DNA of 64,000 nt, taken from Anaerolineales bacterium. GTDB taxonomy: Bacteria > Chloroflexota > Anaerolineae > Anaerolineales > UBA4823. A program made the position numbers and the translations under genes. Under the pieces are notes generated by a model. That model worked only from the letters and a program-made list of their open reading frames with translations, was not told where the DNA came from and did not search any database. The stretch spans positions 25,617-89,616 of the forward strand of contig JBJYWI010000006.1 in the NCBI GenBank assembly GCA_046259385.1, written 5' to 3'. Below, one piece after another: positions 61,719 to 64,000 of the stretch (the stretch's first letter is position 1; each line of letters begins with the position of its first letter).

Positions 61719-62081
61719 ATAGACTCTTTACCCTCTACCGGTCACGCTGCCGGAGAAGATTTCAGAACAGCCGGGTTCCACGTACACCAGAGTCTCAATG
61801 ATATCGAAGGCATCACCTGCCTGATGCCGGAAGCGACCTTTTACGCCTTTCCTAATATCTTGCAGGTGGGGATGAGTTCCTGGGATTTAGCAAAATATCT
61901 AGTGCGCGAGCACAGGGTGGCGCTGATCCCAGGCAGCATCTTTGGAGAAAACGGGCAAGGCTACCTGTGCCTCTCCTTCGCGGCCAGCGAGGCTGATCTG
62001 AGAGAAGGCCTCGCCCGCATCAAAGAAGGTGTGGACACATTACAAGGACTGCGCGATGATCCGAAAGGCTCTCTGTGTTAA
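61719..62081 (+). pseudogene. 3' remnant of a class I/II (aspartate-type) aminotransferase gene
   Basis: The frame is open only from 61719. Translation ...FRTAGFHVHQSLNDIEGITCLMPEATFYAFPNI...ALIPGSIFGENGQGYLCLSFAAS...EGLARIKE matches only the last ~110 residues of such enzymes. The upstream DNA is AT-rich and non-coding. Confidence 0.65.
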
Positions 62082-62118
62082 TCGCCAGTTTTTATCTGGG
62101 GGAATCTTTGTTGTTGAC

Positions 62119-63489
62119 TCACAGTTCTGAAATCACAAATCTAAACTTGCCTGAAGGATCTCTGTTAATTTGGTCAACGATATTTATTTCAATTGTGGAT
62201 CCTTCCAGATGCTCTTTGAAAACCCCTTGAATAGTACTGTTCTGTTCCATATCATATATTTCATAGTCCGGAATAATGTTCAACTCAAATAGATCGGGTT
62301 GTTTTTGGATCACCTGGTACTGTCTTATTCCCTTGATATGTTTGATCAAATTTTGAAAGTAATGATTGTATATAATCCTTCCACTCGCTAATTTGATCAC
62401 ATCGAGTTTTCGCCCTGCTAAACCCTCCAGAACTCCAAATCCCAGACCCAGAGGACAATCGTGGTCATGGTGAACGCACTTTGCGATGTCATTTAAGTTG
62501 TAACGGATTATTGGATAGCTCCAATTATCAAGATTGGTTACAACAACCTCCCCATACTCCTCATTAGGGTCAGTTTTAACAACCTCGACATAAACTGCGT
62601 CATCCATTGTGTGCATAACACCACACGGATGGCTGTGCGCAATCGCGCCCATTTCTATGCTTCCATATTCATCTGCCACCGAGCACCCGAATGCCTCAGA
62701 AATTATTTTCTCTTGCTTTTTCTCCAGAACTTCGCCGCTGGTCAAGACCAATTTCAGGTTAGCTTCCTTTCCATCAATACCGTTATCTTGCAGGTAATAT
62801 GCAAAATGTGTGTATGCGGATGGAAACCCGAATAGATATTTAGGAGAGAAGTTTAGCAATGCGCTCCATTGTTCGTGCATCAATTCCATAGTTGTGGTAA
62901 ATGCGGAAAATTGCTTTCGATTCATAAGCAAATTCCGGATTGGGTCAAATATTTTCTCGTGATAAAACTTCCGCCAATCCCGCTCGAATGTATATCCCGT
63001 ATTGGACAGGCGGATTTCGCGATCGCCCAGCTGGATTCCCCACCAGCTCAATGAACGAATGCGGCTCACATTCGCCCTCAACGCAGCCCGCTGGCTCACC
63101 ATAATTTTTAACGGCGTTCCCGTCGAACCGCTGGTCGTGGCAGGGTAAACGGATGAATCAGGACTTGTTGAATAAAAAGATTCATTATTCTGTCTCAGGA
63201 GCTCCTTCGTCAGGATTGGGATCAGCTTGAAATCTTCTGGAGTTTTTATATCCCCCGGCTGGACCCCGAACTCGCGTAATGTCTTCTGGTAATACGGAAC
63301 TGTATTGTAAGCATGTTGCAACAGCGCTCGTAATTTGTTGAATTGTACTTCCCCTAGATCCATGAAACTTAAAAACTGGTTTTTTTTTGCCGCTTTCATT
63401 GCGGGAGAATAATCTCTGCCCTGCAATCTCTGCGCCAGCGGGTAAATCCAATTCCTTAGAATCGGAGCGTAATGATCTTTCCGGGGCAT
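62119..63489 (-). CDS. Phenylacetate-CoA ligase / F390-synthetase-like adenylate-forming enzyme (CapK-like)
   Basis: ATTSGSTGTPLKIMVS AMP-binding motif, 456 aa. Confidence 0.8.
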   Translation of the reverse strand: MPRKDHYAPILRNWIYPLAQRLQGRDYSPAMKAAKKNQFLSFMDLGEVQFNKLRALLQHAYNTVPYYQKTLREFGVQPGDIKTPEDFKLIPILTKELLRQNNESFYSTSPDSSVYPATTSGSTGTPLKIMVSQRAALRANVSRIRSLSWWGIQLGDREIRLSNTGYTFERDWRKFYHEKIFDPIRNLLMNRKQFSAFTTTMELMHEQWSALLNFSPKYLFGFPSAYTHFAYYLQDNGIDGKEANLKLVLTSGEVLEKKQEKIISEAFGCSVADEYGSIEMGAIAHSHPCGVMHTMDDAVYVEVVKTDPNEEYGEVVVTNLDNWSYPIIRYNLNDIAKCVHHDHDCPLGLGFGVLEGLAGRKLDVIKLASGRIIYNHYFQNLIKHIKGIRQYQVIQKQPDLFELNIIPDYEIYDMEQNSTIQGVFKEHLEGSTIEINIVDQINRDPSGKFRFVISEL

Positions 63490-63624
63490 AGGTTTTTAGA
63501 ATGGAACAGCGCTCTTCTTTTAGATCCGGAATTTTTTCCTACTGCGTTTATAGATGCAGCTTTTGATCAGGACCGAATAGAATCATCAATAATCACTTGC
63601 CATGGTGGAACTGGTTTATTGCAG

Positions 63625-64000
63625 TTAGATCTTGCAATCTGACCTTATATAGTTAAATTTACCGGATCCCTCAGTCGGGATTGATTCAACATGGGTTATT
63701 GTGACATCAATTGGGCCCAGCAAGGTTTTCATCCGGTCTTTAATAAATAATTCCTGCTGCTCTCCGTAAACTTCGGGGTTGATTACAACCAGGATTTCAA
63801 AACGGTCCGGCTCCCTCTGGTTCACCTGATATTGAACCAAACCATCAACAAGTTTCATTAATGTAGTGAAATAAGTGCCGTGGATAATTCGTCCATTGGA
63901 GAGCTGTATTTGATCAAAGGTGCGCCCAACGATTCTATCAAACATAGCAAATCCTAATCCTAGCTCACAGCCAGCATGTTCGTGAATAGGTGGTGCCAGG
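63625..64000 (-). CDS. Second PaaK/F390-synthetase-like enzyme, C-terminal part (runs off the window)
   Basis: The frame stays open to the window edge (LAPPIHEHAGCELGLGFAMFDRIVGR...). It is colinear with the C-terminus of 62119..63489 (HHDHDCPLGLGFGVLEGLAGR...SGKFRFV vs SGKFNYI). Confidence 0.7.
   Translation of the reverse strand, partial: LAPPIHEHAGCELGLGFAMFDRIVGRTFDQIQLSNGRIIHGTYFTTLMKLVDGLVQYQVNQREPDRFEILVVINPEVYGEQQELFIKDRMKTLLGPIDVTITHVESIPTEGSGKFNYIRSDCKI

Overview
This 64-kb segment looks chromosomal and holds about 60 tightly packed protein genes. I saw no rRNA, tRNA, CRISPR array, transposase or integrase. The gene content includes a T-box leader, SpoVS, an acyl-CoA dehydrogenase with EtfAB, archaeal-type ApgM, a split GatCAB, an LCP protein, a RecD2-type helicase and several SH3b envelope proteins. 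That mix fits a Chloroflexota/Anaerolineae-like bacterium, but this is inference only because no search was possible. Most of the window is housekeeping (trpS, dtd, uvrA, clpC, gatCAB, nadE, dnaN, two gdh paralogs). The most interesting signal is selenium recoding that the six-frame ORF track misses. A SelW/Rdx-like gene (1440..1691) and selD (4049..5119) each carry one in-frame TGA at the family's catalytic Cys/Sec position, and each TGA is followed by a hairpin. The SelW-like gene sits between a Trp-specific (UGG) T-box leader and trpS, and its stop overlaps the trpS start. Other points worth a second look follow.
- A promoter-to-terminator leader or small RNA lies upstream of the first of two tandem glutamate dehydrogenase paralogs.
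- A roughly 110-nt nested palindromic element lies between gdh and an orphan dnaN.
- The 3' end of the window (about 58.1-64 kb) is AT-rich and encodes envelope or adenylation enzymes, and it encloses a 3' remnant of an aminotransferase gene.
- Several tandem paralog pairs are present.
All functional calls rest on hand-recognised motifs. No database search, folding or statistics could be run.
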